Assembly (NCBI RefSeq): GCF_964355755.1
Contig: NC_092677.1
Location: 1,262,101 to 1,326,100 of the forward strand
Reading direction: 5' to 3'
Source: Antedon mediterranea
Lineage: Eukaryota; Animalia; Echinodermata
Length of the DNA: 64,000 nucleotides
In this document: piece by piece, positions 62,451 to 64,000 of the stretch
Layout of the letters: the number at the start of each line of letters is the position of its first letter
Numbering within the stretch: position 1 is the stretch's first letter
Program-made: the position numbers and the translations under genes
Notes under the pieces: model-generated
Told to the model about the DNA's origin: nothing
Seen by the model: the letters and a program-made list of their open reading frames with translations, nothing else
Databases searched by the model: none

Positions 62451-64000
62451 AAGACAAATCCACAGGTAAAGCATAATTCTGATTCAGAAAATAGAACCAT
62501 AAAATAAGAGTAAAATGCTCAATAATTAGTAAACTACCGCGGTACACCGCATAAGTAATGAAATGTATTAACAATAAAAAGTGCTTTTTGATGTTTTATG
62601 TTTTTTCTACATCGAAAAACGACAACCAATCAGGAGTAAGGATGCCATACTTCAACTTTCATTACTCACTTTCACTTGTCATCATCATTATCAATGTCAC
62701 CAATAGGTTTACAAGATTGTATTTCTTTTCGTTTATGTTCATGCAATAAACTGCTCTATTTTTTTTAAACAGGCGTTATTATGACTTATACCAGAGAGAC
62801 AGATCAAGAAACAAACCACACATACCAATATTTACAGAAGAAAGATCAAGCTGTATATGTAAATGCAGAGAATGACAACAGATAAATGATACAGTTAATA
62901 TATAGAATAATACAATTTTTAGGCCGATTATAAACATATTGCAGTGGCTTACTGTATTTTTTGCAGATAAATATTGTGAAAAATAAAAAAACACTTCATC
63001 ATTATTAAGGTTTCTTATGTTGATGGACGTTTCTATATATATGTTTTAGCTGATATGTTTGAAAGTTGCCTTACTCGAATTAACAGATAACATTTATATA
63101 ACGAGTTCTTATAGATCAGACGTAATTCCTAATATAAACCCGAGTTAGCCAGTATTTCATGTACGCGTCGCGGGTTAATGCGGGAAACGCGAATGTTACT
63201 TATGATGTCATGATATAATATCATATTTGTATAAAAATGATCAGGGTCCATCACTTCAACCACGTTTTATTATTTATTGGCCAACATTCGGTATGTTTAT
63301 TTATATTCTGACATAATGGCGGGAAATATTAATACATCCTGATATCACTAACAATCTTGCGAGTATTGAATGATACCACTAGGAGATTTGTTTTCTTGGT
63401 CCTCATCCTTGATTTTATCCAGCACCAGTTTTTTACCCAGCAATTAAACGTTTGCAATAAGGTAATGGTTTTGTGTTATGCTTTCATTAAATAAACTGAT
63501 TTTTTTATGTGGGTATAGTGGCTAGTTCCTTGTATTTTATCATATCCGTATGTTTCAAATTGACATATTGCAATGGATTAAAATATAAGACCAAGGTGAG
63601 GCTTAATTATTTACCCGCCGAGTAAATTGGCTTTATTTAGTAATTGCTAACTTTAGTGAGTAGGTACAGTATCTGGTCTGATGTAAAAACACACTAAAGA
63701 ATGTTATTGTAGCTTTTATTGTTCGATAAAACTAATAAAAATAACATACAGTGGATGTATTCTGTCTTACAAACCATATTAGGATTGAACTTGTGACTTG
63801 TCTGTGCAGTTGAGCGCGTTCTAACAAACACATTGTATATGGATCTACTTTAACAATAAGCCTAACTAGTTACTATATTGAAAGGGATAGGTGTAAGAAA
63901 TTGACGGATGACAACTAGGCATCCTGTTAGGAAATGTTTCCAGAAAATAAAGATATCTGTTTGTTTAGCATCCTCCTTCAAGGTAAGTACACAGTGACCA

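Overview
AT-rich eukaryotic (metazoan, most likely marine invertebrate; taxon not provable from sequence alone) DNA made up almost entirely of a head-to-tail (+ strand) tandem array of about 12 paralogous, intron-split genes for type I membrane immunoglobulin-superfamily receptors. Each unit follows the same 7-exon plan: signal peptide, V-set Ig, I/C2-type Ig, 27-nt Ser/Thr stalk microexon, transmembrane exon with a juxtamembrane Cys and GxxxG motifs, 33-nt microexon, and a cytoplasmic exon with YMTY...YQDL-x9-YVNV tyrosine motifs. The V domains are very diverse (three clades) while the TM and tail are almost invariant. Units 6, 7 and 8 splice into intact ORFs of about 335 aa, and unit 1 is intact from the I-set exon onward. 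Units 3 and 12 give tail-less variants, and the rest are pseudogenes or rearranged. The array is full of mobile DNA: an intact 7.2-kb AcademX-type DNA transposon (1534-aa transposase-XPG-Cys8) inside an Ig exon, a structurally complete DIRS retroelement, four LINE 3' fragments, non-autonomous Helitrons and Helentron-like elements, and hAT, Harbinger, Kolobok-like and piggyBac-like MITEs. The best candidate for an undescribed system is this diversified invertebrate V-I Ig receptor cluster, which has possible signalling, decoy and secreted forms. All gene models were spliced by eye from GT-AG sites and phase, without transcript evidence.
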